Below are positions 25,229 to 39,251 of a stretch of 64,000 nucleotides of DNA, one piece after another. Positions within the stretch are counted from its first letter, which is position 1. Each line of letters begins with the position of its first letter. This DNA comes from Octopus vulgaris. Taxonomy: Eukaryota. The notes under the pieces were generated by a model that ran no database searches, was not told the DNA's origin, and worked only from the letters and a program-made list of their open reading frames with translations. A program made the position numbers and the translations under genes. The stretch covers positions 68,138,001-68,202,000 of the forward strand of contig OX597823.1 of NCBI GenBank assembly GCA_951406725.2, given 5' to 3'.

Positions 25229-27446
25229 CGCCAATCTGGCTCTTGCGGGCAACAAAAACCTGAACCATCTCCAATCTGCTTCCTTCGATTGGAAGAGAGC
25301 AGATTGGAACCTGTACCACACTGAACTACAGCACCCAAACTGGCGTGAATTCTACAACTCTGGAGATGTGAATACTATACTCCAGAGTATCCTGGACTCA
25401 ATATGGGCAGCATGTGCAGCATCAGTGCCACGTAAACAAAAAAAGAAGAACCGCCCCAAAAGGGCAATTTGGGAAACTTCAGCGGTCCGACTTGCCAGGA
25501 GGGAACGTCGGACTGCTGAACGGGAATACAGGTTGCATAAATCAGACACCAACAGGAAGAAGCGGAATAAATCCTCCAACCATCTCAAGCAAGTGACAAA
25601 AAAAGCAGTGCTTGAATTTGAACAGTGCATAGCAGCCAATCCTGACAGCAAGGTTTTCTGGAAATATGTGCACTCAAAGCAGAGACCTCACTCTCCAGTG
25701 GGCCCTCTTTGCAACCCTCACACAAACCAGATCACTGACGACCCCAAGGAATGCGCAGAACTCATTGCCGAGTGCTATGCAAACATATTCACTGTTGAAA
25801 GTCAAAATGTACCATCTTCACCATCACTAACAACAAACTCCATAACAACTATGGAATTTACACCTGCAATGCTGCGACGTCACCTTCAAAATAAGCACAA
25901 CTATGCCTCCCCTGGTCTCGATGGAGTTACATACCTGCTTCTCAAACGTGGCAGGCACTTCCTTTTACACCAGCTTTCTATTTTCTTCCAGTACTGTCTC
26001 AACAATGGTGCTACTCCGGAGCAGTGGAAAACTGCCAGTGTCATTCCTCTGTTCAAAAAGGGCGACCGCACATCACCTGTCAACTATCGCCCAGTCAGTC
26101 TCACTAGCTGTATTGCAAAACTGATGGAATCGTGTGTCAGAGAAACACTCTGGAACTTCTGGAGCTCTCACAGTCTCATCCGACCCTCACAATATGGATT
26201 TGTCCCTAACTCCAGCTGCAGTGACCAGCTTGTCGAGTTCGTTGAGGACATTACTCAGATTACTGACAGTGGCTCATGGGTGGATGTTGTCTACCTTGAC
26301 TTTGCTAAGGCTTTCAACTCTGTGCCACACAAAAGGCTTATGGTGAAACTCTCTGCAATGGGTGTGGGGGATGACCTTTTTAACTGGTTGAAATCCTTCA
26401 TCCTCAGCCGAAAGGAGGTAGTCACAGTTCTAGGACAGCACTCTACACCATATGAGATGTCATCGGGTGTACCACAGGGATCTGTCCTTGGTCCCCTCTT
26501 GTTTGTGGCATACATTAACGACATAGATGCCAATTTAAAGAATGCCACAGTATTGAAATATGCAGACGACATCAAGCTGTACCTTGAAATCAAGAGGACA
26601 GATCCTGATGTCTACAACTCTTTCCTGCAATCAGACCTAGACACAATGCAGCAATGGATCACAGACTGGCAACTGAAACTGGCTGTGGACAAGTGTACCA
26701 CCATGCATTTTGGGAGAAAAAACCCTGCGTTCACATACTCCCTCCACAACACTGATATCAAGAAATCCTCTTGTGAGCGTGACCTAGGCATCACTGTCAG
26801 CAGTGATTTGCGTTGGTCAAAGCATATCTCTAAGATTGTCAGGAAGGCCGAGGGTGTCTTGGCATCACTCAGCAGGTCTTTTGTTAGCCGCTCTCCAGCC
26901 ATCTATTTAAAACTGTATACAGCTATGGTACGACCACACTTGGAATTCGCATCATCAGTTTGGAACCCCTATCTTGCACAGAACATTGACCTCCTGGAAT
27001 CTGTCCAGAGACGTGCAACCAAACGCATACCCTCCATCAGACACCTACCATATTCTGAGCGCCTTGTTTCCCTGGGCATGGATTCACTGAAGCTCCGGCG
27101 TTTGGCGACGGACTTGGTAAACACCCACAAAGTTATCAACCACCTCACCAACAACAACACTGAACACCTTTTTGATCTCCATGTGTCTAACACACGTGGA
27201 CATGCCTACAAAGTCAGAAAACAATACAGCTCCCATGACTTTCGGAAACATTTTTTCACGCTCAGAATTGCTGAAGCATGGAATAAACTGCCTGCGTCAG
27301 TTGTTGACTGCCATGACACTGCATCTTTTAAGGCCCTCATGCTTTCCGAAATCCGCCGAAACTACACCTGATTATATATACACTTTAGATGAGTTGTAGT
27401 GCACCTGAGCACTGTACACAATTATTATTATTATTATTATTATTAT
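25229..27446 (+). mobile_element. Young 5'-truncated CR1-type non-LTR retrotransposon
   Basis: Abrupt start after (TA)n, uninterrupted RT ORF, short 3' UTR and (ATT)n tail at about 27421-27446. GC content is higher than the flanks. Confidence 0.92.
25230..27371 (+). CDS. Reverse transcriptase ORF2 (5'-truncated, no endonuclease) of a CR1/L2-clade LINE
   Basis: The frame is open from the truncation point (ANLALAG..FDWKRADW) through the 667-aa ORF. Motifs: WKTASVIPLFKKGD, NYRPVSLTS, YLDFAKAFNSVPH, SGVPQGSVLGPLLF, YADD, ERDLG, VRPHLEF, LESVQRRATK, TRGH, FFTLR..WNKLP. Confidence 0.93.
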   Translation, partial: ANLALAGNKNLNHLQSASFDWKRADWNLYHTELQHPNWREFYNSGDVNTILQSILDSIWAACAASVPRKQKKKNRPKRAIWETSAVRLARRERRTAEREYRLHKSDTNRKKRNKSSNHLKQVTKKAVLEFEQCIAANPDSKVFWKYVHSKQRPHSPVGPLCNPHTNQITDDPKECAELIAECYANIFTVESQNVPSSPSLTTNSITTMEFTPAMLRRHLQNKHNYASPGLDGVTYLLLKRGRHFLLHQLSIFFQYCLNNGATPEQWKTASVIPLFKKGDRTSPVNYRPVSLTSCIAKLMESCVRETLWNFWSSHSLIRPSQYGFVPNSSCSDQLVEFVEDITQITDSGSWVDVVYLDFAKAFNSVPHKRLMVKLSAMGVGDDLFNWLKSFILSRKEVVTVLGQHSTPYEMSSGVPQGSVLGPLLFVAYINDIDANLKNATVLKYADDIKLYLEIKRTDPDVYNSFLQSDLDTMQQWITDWQLKLAVDKCTTMHFGRKNPAFTYSLHNTDIKKSSCERDLGITVSSDLRWSKHISKIVRKAEGVLASLSRSFVSRSPAIYLKLYTAMVRPHLEFASSVWNPYLAQNIDLLESVQRRATKRIPSIRHLPYSERLVSLGMDSLKLRRLATDLVNTHKVINHLTNNNTEHLFDLHVSNTRGHAYKVRKQYSSHDFRKHFFTLRIAEAWNKLPASVVDCHDTASFKALMLSEIRRNYT

Positions 27447-29244
27447 ACATGCATACATGCAAGTGAATGTCAGGCTTCAGTGCTCTTTTCTTGTACTAAA
27501 TTCACTCACAAGTCACTGGTTGGCCCATAGCTACAGTAGAAAACACTTGCATTTTGTGCTAGACAATGAAATAGAACTACAGATAATGTTATTTACAAAA
27601 CAAACTGTATTAAGACAAGCATTGCCTGCACCTTATATAAACATCAATGGCCATCCTACTATAAGACTAATGACACATCAACTTAGTCATTCCATATTAG
27701 AAATTTAAAAAAGAAACATGTTTCAAGTTTTCTGCTAAGGGTCCTTTTAATAAAAAGAAACATTAAATAAACAACAAAATGAAGGACATATGCTTCTGTA
27801 ATCTGACATCATATTTTTGTTATTGTTATGTCATTTGGAATAAAAGCTATTAATAGATCTATGTTTATAAGGTCAAAAGTAAACTGACAATATGAATTCT
27901 GAACTTGGTTTGCCATATTGAAATAAATATATAGAATTCTGTCAAAGTGAGATAATGGAATTTGAAGTTGTATAATAGTAAAACTGAATATTTATATTTG
28001 CCTCATTAGATTTTATTTTTCTATTTAGAGCAATAACATTCAAATACAAAGAAAACAAACAACAGATAGATAGGATCAGAGAGGGAAAGAGTGACAAAAA
28101 TTGAGAGAAAGAATAAGAGCAAGAGGGAGAGAATCAAACGAATTTTTTTTTATTTCTTATAATCAAGACATCTGTAGAATGTGTGTAAAACAGAATTTAT
28201 TCTATGAAATGAACTTCCACCAGGAAATTAACTACTACTGTAAAATATCTGCAATCTACACATTGTAACATTAATTGCATTACATGGATGCAATAAACAT
28301 AAAACTTTGTTGTAAAATCTCAAACTCATAAGAATTAATTTAGTAACCAGCTTATTCAATGACTTGACAGACCTTTCTTTAAAATGCAAAAATTCATTAA
28401 AATCCTTGTCAAGTAAAGAGTAATAAAACCATGGGAGAAGTACTTGGTCAAAACCAAATGACTAAAGTTTATATTTATTAACTTACAGATAACATATAAC
28501 AACATGTCTGAATATTAAATTTTTCTGGCAATAAATTAAATTTTTTAAAAATAGCTAGTAAGAGGTATGCGCTGTTTGAAAAGGTTAACTGCATTAGGTG
28601 TAATATTAAGTTTATTGAGATATTAAGGTAAATAAAAGCAAACAAAAGTGCTGACTTGCTATCTCAATCAGAAATTTGCTCTACAGAAATGTTGTTCATG
28701 GTACTTTGGGCAAGTAGCAAGTATCTTTCTACTATAGTCTTAGGTTGACAAGTGTTTTGGGAATGGAAATAGATGGGAAAACTGTGAGGAACTCTCTGTG
28801 TGTATGCATTTGTGTGCGTGTGTGTGTGTGTGTGTGTATGATTCATTCATTTTTATGTCTATTTTTCCAGGATAGCATGGGTTAGACAAATATATTTATT
28901 GAAGCATTGATTTACAGTTCAATGCCTTTCTAGTTGCTAACTCTTGCCTCTTTTCTACATAGAGAATGTTGTATTCCACACGTTATTGAAAGTGCAATAC
29001 TAGCAGACAAACTTTTAAGAGGGGATAATGATGACAATATCCTGCCCTAAGTAATTTTCAAGGAAGCACAAATGTGAACATGATGTTGACAAAGCACATA
29101 TGTATGTGCATGCATACACACATGCACGCATGCACATACAATGGACTTCTTTTAGTTTCTGTCACTCAAATGCATTCAGAAGGCTTTTGTCAACCCAGGG
29201 TTATAATAGAAAAGATTTGTCCAAAGTATGTATAAGAATATTGT

Positions 29245-29672
29245 CATCATCATCATCATCATCATTTAATGACCGCTTTCCATGCTGGCATGTGTTGGAC
29301 AGTTTGACTGAAGGCTGGTGAGCCAGAATGCTGCACCAGTCTCCAGTCTGATTTGGCAAAGTTTCTACAGCTGGATGCCCTTCCTAATGCCAACCACTCT
29401 GAGAGTGTAGTGGGTACTTTTATGTGCAGCTGGCATGAGGGCCAGTCAGGTGGTACTGGCATCAGCCATGCTCAAATGGTACTTTTTACATGCCACCTGC
29501 ATAGGAGCCAGTCCAGTGGCACTGGCAATGACCATGCCTGAATGGTGCTTTTTTATGTGCCACCAGCATGGGAGCCAGTCAGAGGCCCTGGCAACGATCA
29601 TGTTTGAATGGTGCTTTTAACGTTCCACTGGCACGGGTGCCAATCAGGCGGTACTGTCATCAGCCATGACAA
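29245..29672 (-). mobile_element. RTE LINE 3' UTR fragment
   Basis: Reverse complement of the 2240-2660 UTR, with (TCA)n on the left. Confidence 0.8.
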
Positions 29673-29705
29673 TAATGTATGTATGTGCTTGTGTGTTTAT
29701 ACCTT

Positions 29706-29738
<33 letters not shown>

Positions 29739-30662
29739 ATGCATGTTTGTTTACATTTGCAGTTCCCTGAAAATTCTGTGTAAAACACACACACATTGCC
29801 AATGTATATTGACAAAATATATATTGTGGGAAAACCAATAACCTGGTGCTTCTGAATCAAATTCTTCATGATATTTGTGTTCTATTTGAGTTACATAGGC
29901 AATACCTTACTGTACTTAACTATTGGAAACTTATTACTAATGATGCTATTATTTCCAAAACACTGTACATATAAATTAATGTTAACTCTCTTCGCAAATT
30001 CCACTCAATATTGTTTAGACTAAGATCAACCCTGATCCAGCAAATCTATGATCACAGCTATTTCTGCCATGGCCATCCTGACATACATTAGAGACTACAT
30101 TATGAAATATTTCCTTCAGCTTTTACCTTTTAATTTTTCTTTTCCTTTGTAAGAATGGCAAGGTATGATTTTAGAATTATTTGGCTGCAATTTCTAGCAA
30201 CTTAACTCAAATGATTCTGTATAGTATCTCCCGCTGACTTTAGTGCAAATATGGATTGTGAACAAACTATTTCACATTACATTACTAATAAAATGGATGA
30301 GAAAAACCTTTCAATAACATAGATATAAATGAATGAGGTAATAATGTATACAACAAAAATAACATGATATCTATGTATCATTATAAAAGCTGTACAAAAT
30401 GAAGAGCTTGAGAGAAGTGGAGGAAAAGTATAAATTTTTTCCATGTATTCAAACAATGATTGAAATATTTTGGATATGAATTACCCCCACCCCATCTTAC
30501 TCTAGCTATAACTATTTCACACCTGGTTATGTTTCTCATAATAGCTGAATGTTTGGCAACTGAGAAGTAAAGGGAAAGAACTTATTAATCTTTAGAAAAT
30601 AAAATAAAAATTGAGTTGGCTTTTCAACAAAATTGACTAAGTGGCATCAAAATGCCTTTTGA

Positions 30663-31198
30663 TTAGCCATTTTGTTACCATAATTGTATAGAAATACAAT
30701 GTCATAGTTTCAATTGATTTTTAAGATAATGAAGAGTTTAGGAAAATAACTTTGTCATTATTAATCTGGTGTTTCAAACTTAAATTAACATGAAATTATG
30801 ATAGATGGTTTTAGTTAAGATTATTTTAACCCTTTTGCATTTAAATTGGCCAGATCAGGCCAAAGATTCTTTCTGTTTTATGTTCAAACAGGCCAGATCA
30901 AGCCTCTTACACATACCCTAAAATGCCTGTCTAAAAGTAAACAATCACATTATCAAAATCTCAAACCTATGAGATAATCCTTGGTTAATTTATAAAATGT
31001 GAATAAATAAATTTATAAATGTGAATAGGCGCAGGAGTGGCTGTGTGGTAAGTAGCTTGTCTACCAACCACATGGTTCCGGGTTCAGTCCCACTGCGTGG
31101 CACCTTGGGCAAGTGTCTTCTACTATAGCCTCGGGCCGACCAAAGCCTTGTGAGTGAATTTGGTAGACGGAAACTGAAAGAAGCCCGTCGTATATATG

Positions 31199-31236
<38 letters not shown>

Positions 31237-31560
31237 TATGTGTGTTTGTGTGTCTGCGTTTGTCCCCTAGCATTGCTTGACAACCGATGCTGGTGTGTTT
31301 ATGTCCCCGTTACTTAGCGGTTCGGCAAAAGAGACCGATAGAATAAGTACTGGGCTTACAAAAGAATAAGTCCCGGGGTCGAGTTGCTCGATTAAAGGCG
31401 GTGCTCCAGCATGGCCGCAGTCAAATGACTGAAACAAGTAAAAGAGTAAAGAGTAAATAAGCACTATGTTTGGCAGAGTAATTTCAATGTTAAAGGATTC
31501 AAACACAAGGTTTGTATCATAGAACCAGGTCGGTATGCAGTCTGGTATCAAAACAGTGAA
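30663..31560. mobile_element. Nested piggyBac-type MITEs (A containing B containing a SINE)
   Basis: 30663-30829 plus 31500-31560 match 49205-49429. 30830-31020 matches the reverse complement of part of 19465-19667, and a compatible end resumes at 31455-31498. TTAA|CCC junction at 30826-30832. Confidence 0.75.
31028..31454 (+). mobile_element. tRNA-derived SINE family A, full-length, CpG-rich young copy
   Basis: Complete head-to-tail copy with many CpGs retained. Confidence 0.92.
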
Positions 31561-34500
31561 CTCTTTAAGTTCTGTGTACATTTTGCAACAAAGTTGACTA
31601 TGCCTTTCATTGTTTCAGTGTGATAGAATGAGCTATTATCATATGTCATTAACTCAGTGAGACTGAATATAAACTTTTGAAGATGGTGCCCTTGTATGGC
31701 TGCAGCTAAATTACTAGAACCAGTAAAAATATAAAAGGCTTCCTTTGGTAGTGTAAGTTTCAACACACATTTTAAGTGGGCTGAAAATAATGTAAACATG
31801 AATATTGTATAATGAAAATGTCAAATGTTTAAATAACTGCTCATTGTCATTTTAATATCAAAACATGGACTAAGTTTCAGAACAGATAGTTAACAAACAA
31901 TATGTGATCTTGTACTTGAATTAAAAGTCGTTATAAATTTTGATACTGTTGTAGAAATGAAAGCACTATCTTTGGATTCAGTTATACTAATGTATGGAAA
32001 CTGTATCTGTTTATTTCACCGTGAAGATTTCATTGAATTGTGATTTGTACCTCTTAAATGAAAACAAATTCTTCTTTCATTTGAAATTTGGAGAAGATAT
32101 TGCAAATGAAAGGTGGTAAACTGTCTAAATTAATAAGATTTGTTTAGATTAGCTGAATAAAAAAATTGCTCACTTGTAGACACCATGGAGAGAAAACTGA
32201 AGTGGTATAAATATGTGAGGAGTGATATATGATTAGAATTATAAGGAAATGTAATCATGATAAGCAAAATAGAAGTTGAATGGATGAAAATTAAAATAAA
32301 GTGGCTATAACTCACTTAGAAGGAATAATGCTAAATAGACAAAATTAAAAATAGATTTAGAAAGAATAAGAAAGTCTTGTAAAAGGGCAATTATTTAACT
32401 TTGGAATAAATGGAATAAATGATAGGTGGGTCTGTTCTAATGGATAATTTAAAATAAAGAATAAGTTCAATGAACTTCAAGCCAAAGAAAATGAGTTTCT
32501 TCTTTTCTACTGCTTAAATAGAAATCACAAACTATTTTTAGCATAGAAAGATGAGAGGCATTATAAATAGGCCTTTAATGATATCTCAAATTGTTTAATC
32601 TTGTGTAAATATTTGATTTGTTTGCTCAATACCACTTTGTTGTTTCTTTCGAGCTGGTATGAATTGTTATATTACCAACACTATAACAGCAATATGAACA
32701 CTATCAAAACCATCAACAACATTAACTTTATTAGTACTGATGATGATACACAAAATTAAGATGTTTGTGTTTTGAAGTGTTACAGTTAATTAACACTTCT
32801 AAGCTGTGGAATTGTAGCAGAAGCCAAATAATTTTATACACTTTTGTAATAGCATCATATTTGTTTCTTAAGACTTCCCTGCTATAATTATAGCTATATT
32901 GTCTGCAATAATGAGTTGGCAGCTTTTTCTAATTGAACAATTAGTATCAAAAACCATACCATTAAAATTATGACGGACATAATAATGAGCAATTTTGATA
33001 ACTATAAACTTTGAAACTCAACAGCCAATACATTTGAACATTCTTTTAGTAACTTAGTGTCAATGAGTACAGGTAATGGAGATCAGAGGATACAAGAAAA
33101 ATAGCTGCTGGTGTTTACAGTTTTTCACTAGCATTGTTTTGTCTTCATAGCATTCAAAACACTTACATTCAACAACTGGGTTCTGCTAACACTACATCAC
33201 ATGCATTACTGCTATTAACAGGGACTGCACTGGAAAATGGATGTTTTAGTTAACTTGCAGTGTTGGGTTCAATTCTAGTGATAAAATCTAATACAATAGA
33301 GCTGTATTCTGTGTAATGAGAGAATTATTTCTCATCCACTTAATACTAGAGAAACTCAACAAAGCAGTGGCTTTATGTGTTCCAATGGTTAAAAAAAATT
33401 ATTACCACTAGAAATGCCTTATATTGTTCACACCTGAATGGAAAAATGTTAAATCAATGCTAAAATAGGCTGGTAATTATTAATCTATACCTTAAGGTCA
33501 ATAACCATATATCTACAGGTGAGAACATCAAAAGTATTAATTAAATAGAAGTGGATCTAGAATATTAGAGCACCATTGACTACATCTAATTTCAGCTGGA
33601 TCTTTCACTGGCTCAATGATAAGTGGCTCCCAGAGGCTTTACCTTGCTTTAATATCATTGGAGCTTATTCTTGCTTTAATGATGTATGCATGAGGGACAT
33701 GTCACACTATAGATAGGAATATTAATAGTAAACCAAAGAAGTCATCCATTGGAATATTTTAGTTCAAGTTTGCAAGCTATAAAATAATCATTAATTATAC
33801 ACACCTGACAGCTGTAAGCTGTACTTTTTGCCTGATATCAACCAACAATTAAGTAGATCAGCATAATGGGTTGGATATTCTTTCCAAGGACACAGCACAG
33901 TGCCAGTTGCAATTTATATGGCAAACTCTTCTACACTAGACCACCAGTATTGTATAATTCAGACAAGCTGTTATTGTGATATTCTAATGTAGATAATAAT
34001 GAGAGTAAACTATTGACAGAGTTGATTCTCAATTGGATATACATATAGACATTCTCTTTTAGTTGCTTGTTTTTTTTTAATGTTATTTTTATCATTTTTT
34101 TGTCCAAAATCAATATTTAGTTACCAAATAAAGAGGAAAAGGAATAGGAAAAGAAATCTTCTGCATCAACTGAACAAGAATTAAACTTTATTCTATAAGA
34201 TGATGACTAAACTTTTGACACAATCTTTCTGCAGGCTTGCTGTTACTAAACTTGATGATTGCATTATTAACAAAATAAAACACTTTTTTTCTTTTTGATA
34301 TTTCAAATATTTTTTCTTTTCTTTCTTTTTTTTAAAGTGTTTCTTAATTGTTGGTGTTGATAGCTATAAAGTCTTAAATTTAGTATTATAGAAAATTTCT
34401 TATCTGCAAGTTTCTAATTTGGTTATGTAATTATTGTTATTCTTTCTGAAAAGAGTGACTGAACAATATCTTAGTTTATCTCTGCTGACACAGTGAGATA

Positions 34501-35756
34501 TTCAGCAAACATTGAATCATCTACAAGCAATGACAATAGAATACAAGGAACCAAACACAAATCAAATTATGTAGAAATGAAAAGAATACAATGGGCAAAC
34601 GTGGAGAAAAAATAGTGTTGAAATAAATGTATTGCAAAAAACAAAATAAATTAAAAAAATTATATCCATGTGAGAAACTTAAATGTTCAGAACAAATATT
34701 CATTGAAGGTTGTAGTAAAAGATTTATAAATGGAAAGATTAACAAAAACAGGTTATAACTATGTAATTTAAGGATATTTTGGTGATCTAGTTATCAGTTA
34801 TGCCTGTTGCATATGATTTATATTTCATAATATTAATTGATCTGTTGTTTTGATTTCATGTATATTTTCTGTATCATAATGGGTAATACTAAGTTTTACC
34901 AACTGAATTCAAGTGAAGCAATTTATTTTACATGCAAGTAGACATGTGTGTTTGTAATGTCTGCATGTTCCAATTAAATATTTACTCTTCTTAATAGCTG
35001 TTAGGGGTGCTTCCATCCATTGTTTTTCTATACTAGCATAAATGAGTAGGTTCTTGTTAAAGCAATAAATTTTGTTAATGGATGCTTTCTCCATTCCCCC
35101 AAAACAGTAAAATCAAGGTCAAATCTGAATCTGTTTTGGTGAGAAGCACTGGTATATACCAGAAGCTCAATACAAAATGTATTACATGTTGTAAAGTTAC
35201 AACACAGAAAAGCCATATGGTAAATAGATCACTTTTACTACAGTGCCATTGCATACAAATGTTTTAAGAGTTTATAAAGCACACTAGCATTTCCAGTTCA
35301 GATAAAATTCATGATCATAAACAAACTCAATGAAGCAGAAACTATAAGTAAACAATAAAATTTCTTATGTTCTCCCATTAAATTTGATATATATCAAGTA
35401 ACTTCATCTAATAATGAAATAAACAGAATAGCTCATTAAATGGTTTATAAAATGGTTTCTACATAACTGAGAAAGGTTATTTACCATGTTCTTTTAAATG
35501 GTAATGCAATCAATCTTTAATTCTTTAATCTCTGCCTGTTAGATATTGACAAAGTAACAAATCACATCATTAGGTGTTTGAGCCATGCTGCAGCCATTTT
35601 TGAATATTCTACAAGCCACATAATTCTACTTTCCTCAGTGTGTGTAATTGAAATAAACAAATTACAACCTTATTTAGGAAACCAACTGTTCCATCATAAG
35701 ACCATAACTCTTACGCTAGTTTAGAAAAATGGATATAAAACAGCAAAATATTTCAT

Positions 35757-36873
35757 AAGGTTTTCCCCTCATGAAGTAGCCAATTTCTTAAATTTGTTTA
35801 TGTGGAAACATATCTAGTAAATTTTAAAGCATCAAATATTCTTATGCAATTTTTCATACTATTTACCCGGCATCACGATTTTAGAAAACCTTAAATTTAT
35901 TGCTGATTATATGGGGTTTCTAATAATGTTCCGTTGCTTTGGCAGATGTTATCCATAAAGAAGTCAGACTTTTGCATTTGTACGAGTTTAAACTAGGTAA
36001 AAATTCATCTCAAGCTGTCAAGAATATCAATGTTGCATTTAGGATGGAAACTTACACTGCAAAAATAAGAAGATTGTGCAATAAATTTAGATTTGGAAAC
36101 AGGTACCTGAATGTAGAACCCCATGGATATTAGTAAAGTGAAAAAGATGGATAAATTTGTTCCATCTGCAAATAAGATGTGTCAGTTGACAGTCTCTTTT
36201 TTGAAAAGAATAATCATCTGTGATAATAAATGAGCCCTTTATGACAATAGTAAAATATCTAAGCAATGACAAGATGCTGAAGAGTTGCCTGAAGATATTT
36301 CAAAACTCCTTTTATACCTACGAAATATTATTGTCACTGTTTGTTGGTACTGTCAAGGAATCATCCATTATTTGTTTCTGCAACCAAAATAAACAGTAAC
36401 ATCCCAATTCTATCGGCAGCAAATTGAGGAAATGAATCTCAAATTAGTCAGGCAAGATCTAACATTGATAAGCAGACAAGAGCCTATACTCTTGGATGAC
36501 AATGCCATATGTCACATTGTAAATCAGACCAAAACAAAGTTGCAGCAGTTTAATTAAGAAATACTGGATCATCCTATATATTCTCTAAACTTTTCACCAA
36601 GAGACTATCATTTATTTCCTCATATTGAGTTTTTCACCCATGACAAAAAATTTGCAAACAGATAAGAAGCAGTGACAGCATATTAACAATTTATGGCTTC
36701 AAAAACAATAATTTTTTGTCAAATAAGGAATGTATAGTTTCCTAAGGCAATGGAAAAAGTTATTGATAGTTAATAGGTTCATATATTTTAATGTAATACT
36801 GATAACTATCTTAATATGTAATGCATAATTACATTTTAAAGAGAAAACACATATTTTCACTGAGAAAACCGAT
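35757..36873 (+). mobile_element. Mariner-type (DD34D) DNA transposon, degenerate
   Basis: Remnants LYEFKLGKNSSQAVKNIN, WYCQGIIHY, LLDDNA and HPIYSLNFSPRDYHLF (YSPDLAP.D). Termini are eroded and boundaries approximate. Confidence 0.85.
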
Positions 36874-38604
36874 TCAAGTTCTAGTGCTTGTTTGCCTTTT
36901 ACTAGCATAAGATAATTTTTGATTAAGAAATCATATGAATATATGAGTATATAACGCTTCTCATGTTGCACAGGCAAACTGACTATATATTTATATAACC
37001 AATGGAGAATACATGAATATTTTAATCTATTTTCTCATCAGTGTTTCTTTTTACATTAATCTCTACATCTAAAAATATTTCTCTTTCTAACATGCATCTC
37101 TGCTAACCATTTTGTAGCCTAATGTGTTTGCAAATAAATATAGCTAGTATTTGAATAAATTTATATCCCTTAAGTTAAACAGAATTAAATATCATGGCAG
37201 GGATACAGCACGATGCTGTTTTGGTAGGAATACACAAGCCAAAAGTATGATAGTTTTCCCTTTGAACTACTTTACTATACAAATGAATATAGATTTCCTC
37301 AAGACCAAGTTGAATGGTCTTATATCCAAAAATGATTTTAAAACTAGAAGTTGCATACATTCATGACTTCTTTAAGTATGTAAAAAATATAGATGAAATC
37401 AACTTTCATCAGTTAGAAACTGAATGCAGATTATGATCTTGCTTTGCCAAGATTTTATTCATTTGCTCTATCACACTTATCACACAATTACAATGAAATA
37501 TTAATAACAACATAGCTTACTAGTCAAGTATTGGATCAAATGTGAAACCTTGTGCTTATATTAGAAAAATCTCTAAGACTGAAAAATATGTAGAGGATGC
37601 ACTTAAGTGATATATTCTGGTGCTAGGATCTACAATCAACTTTACTGGGTTGAAACCTTGTAGTTGGATTTTACAATAACTTCTATAATTCATAAGATAC
37701 AACTTGATGATTTGAATGGTATAAAGTGAATAAGCTTGAGCATACAAAGGAAAAAATTGTGTGCTGATGGTTGAATTTGCAGATTTATATAACACTTAGA
37801 AGTGTAGGAGAATTCAGTTCAATAGGAAAATTATTATTTTGTTTGTATACTTTTACTATTTTATAACCACCTTTCTTTATTTGCATGGATGGGATGGTTT
37901 TGTTGGAGCAATTGCCTTTTCAGCTAGATGCTCCTTTTAGCATTACTCACTCAGCCATTAAGTATGAATGGAAACAGTTTTTTTGTCATTTAAGCAAACT
38001 GGAGCAAGCCTTGTTCAGAACCACAACAGAATCATAACTTCACTGCCTGTCCAATAAAAATTAATAATATAAAGGGATTTGGATTCTAATTGAACACAAT
38101 ATAGAATGGTTTCAACTATTCAAACAAATATTGAATTATTATGGGCATAAACTGTTGACAAGATAGCAAGACATATTCCTTTATTCTTTTGCTACTTTTA
38201 GTCATTGGACCATAGTTATGTTGCAATGAATTAAAAAAAAGTATTTTTGAATAACCGTAAAAAATAATCCTTTGTAGCATTTCACGTACATTTCTCTATG
38301 TTCTTTGGCATGGAATAGTTATAAATAATCAGACAGTTGTATTAATTCTGAAGCAAATATCTTATAGCTCAATCCTATTCACTCATCATACCATTCTATT
38401 AGTCAAACATTCAGAGTTACTAATTTGCAGTGAGGAAATAAATGTAGAAGCAATGTGGTCAAGTGGACATGGGGCTGTACAACCAGCTCAGATCCACTGC
38501 AGGCATACCTTAGAATACACATACATGTATGTATATATAAGTGTGTATGTGTAGGTGTATATATACATGTGTATACACATATGCATGTATGTAGGTATAT
38601 ATCA

Positions 38605-38970
38605 TTTACCTTTTACTTGTTTCAGTCATTAGACTGCTACACTGCTTTCAAGAAATTTTAGTTGAATCTATCAACTCCTATACTTATTTTTAAAAGCCTG
38701 GTATTTATTCTATTGGTTTCTTTTTGCTGAATGACTAAGTTAAAGGGATGTAAACACACCAGCACCAGTTGTCAAACAGTGATGGGAGGATAAACACAGA
38801 CACAGACACACACACACACACACACACACACACAAGGCTTCTTTCAGTTTCTGTTTACCAAATCGACTCCCAAGGTTTGGCTGACCTGAGGCTACTGTGG
38901 TCCATTGCTGATCAAATCCTTGAGTGTGGATTTGATATATGAAAACTGAAAGAAATCTGTCATACATATA
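38605..38970. mobile_element. Two SINE family A fragments in opposite orientation
   Basis: Minus fragment 38605-38900 abuts plus fragment 38905-38970. Confidence 0.7.
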
Positions 38971-39251
38971 TATGGATATAAGTGTGTGTGCTTTTAAAAT
39001 AATTTTTGTCATTTTGCCTTGATGTCATGCAATAGGTGTGAAATGGCCATCATTGTCATACAAGCAGTGTCCTTTGTTTCTAGTCTTCTGTGAAAACATG
39101 TGTGGACATGGAGGAATGGCTTGGAAACAGATAAGAGTTATGGATCCAACCATAAAAAATCTGTCCCAACAAATTCTGTCTGCCCCACGGGAATATGGAA
39201 AAATAGATATTAAAATGCTGCTGATGATTCAGGGATGATAAATGAACTAAA

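Noticed and set aside
31028-31100. tRNA gene
   Set aside because: It is the tRNA-derived head of a SINE, continuous with the SINE body, and has no complete cloverleaf.
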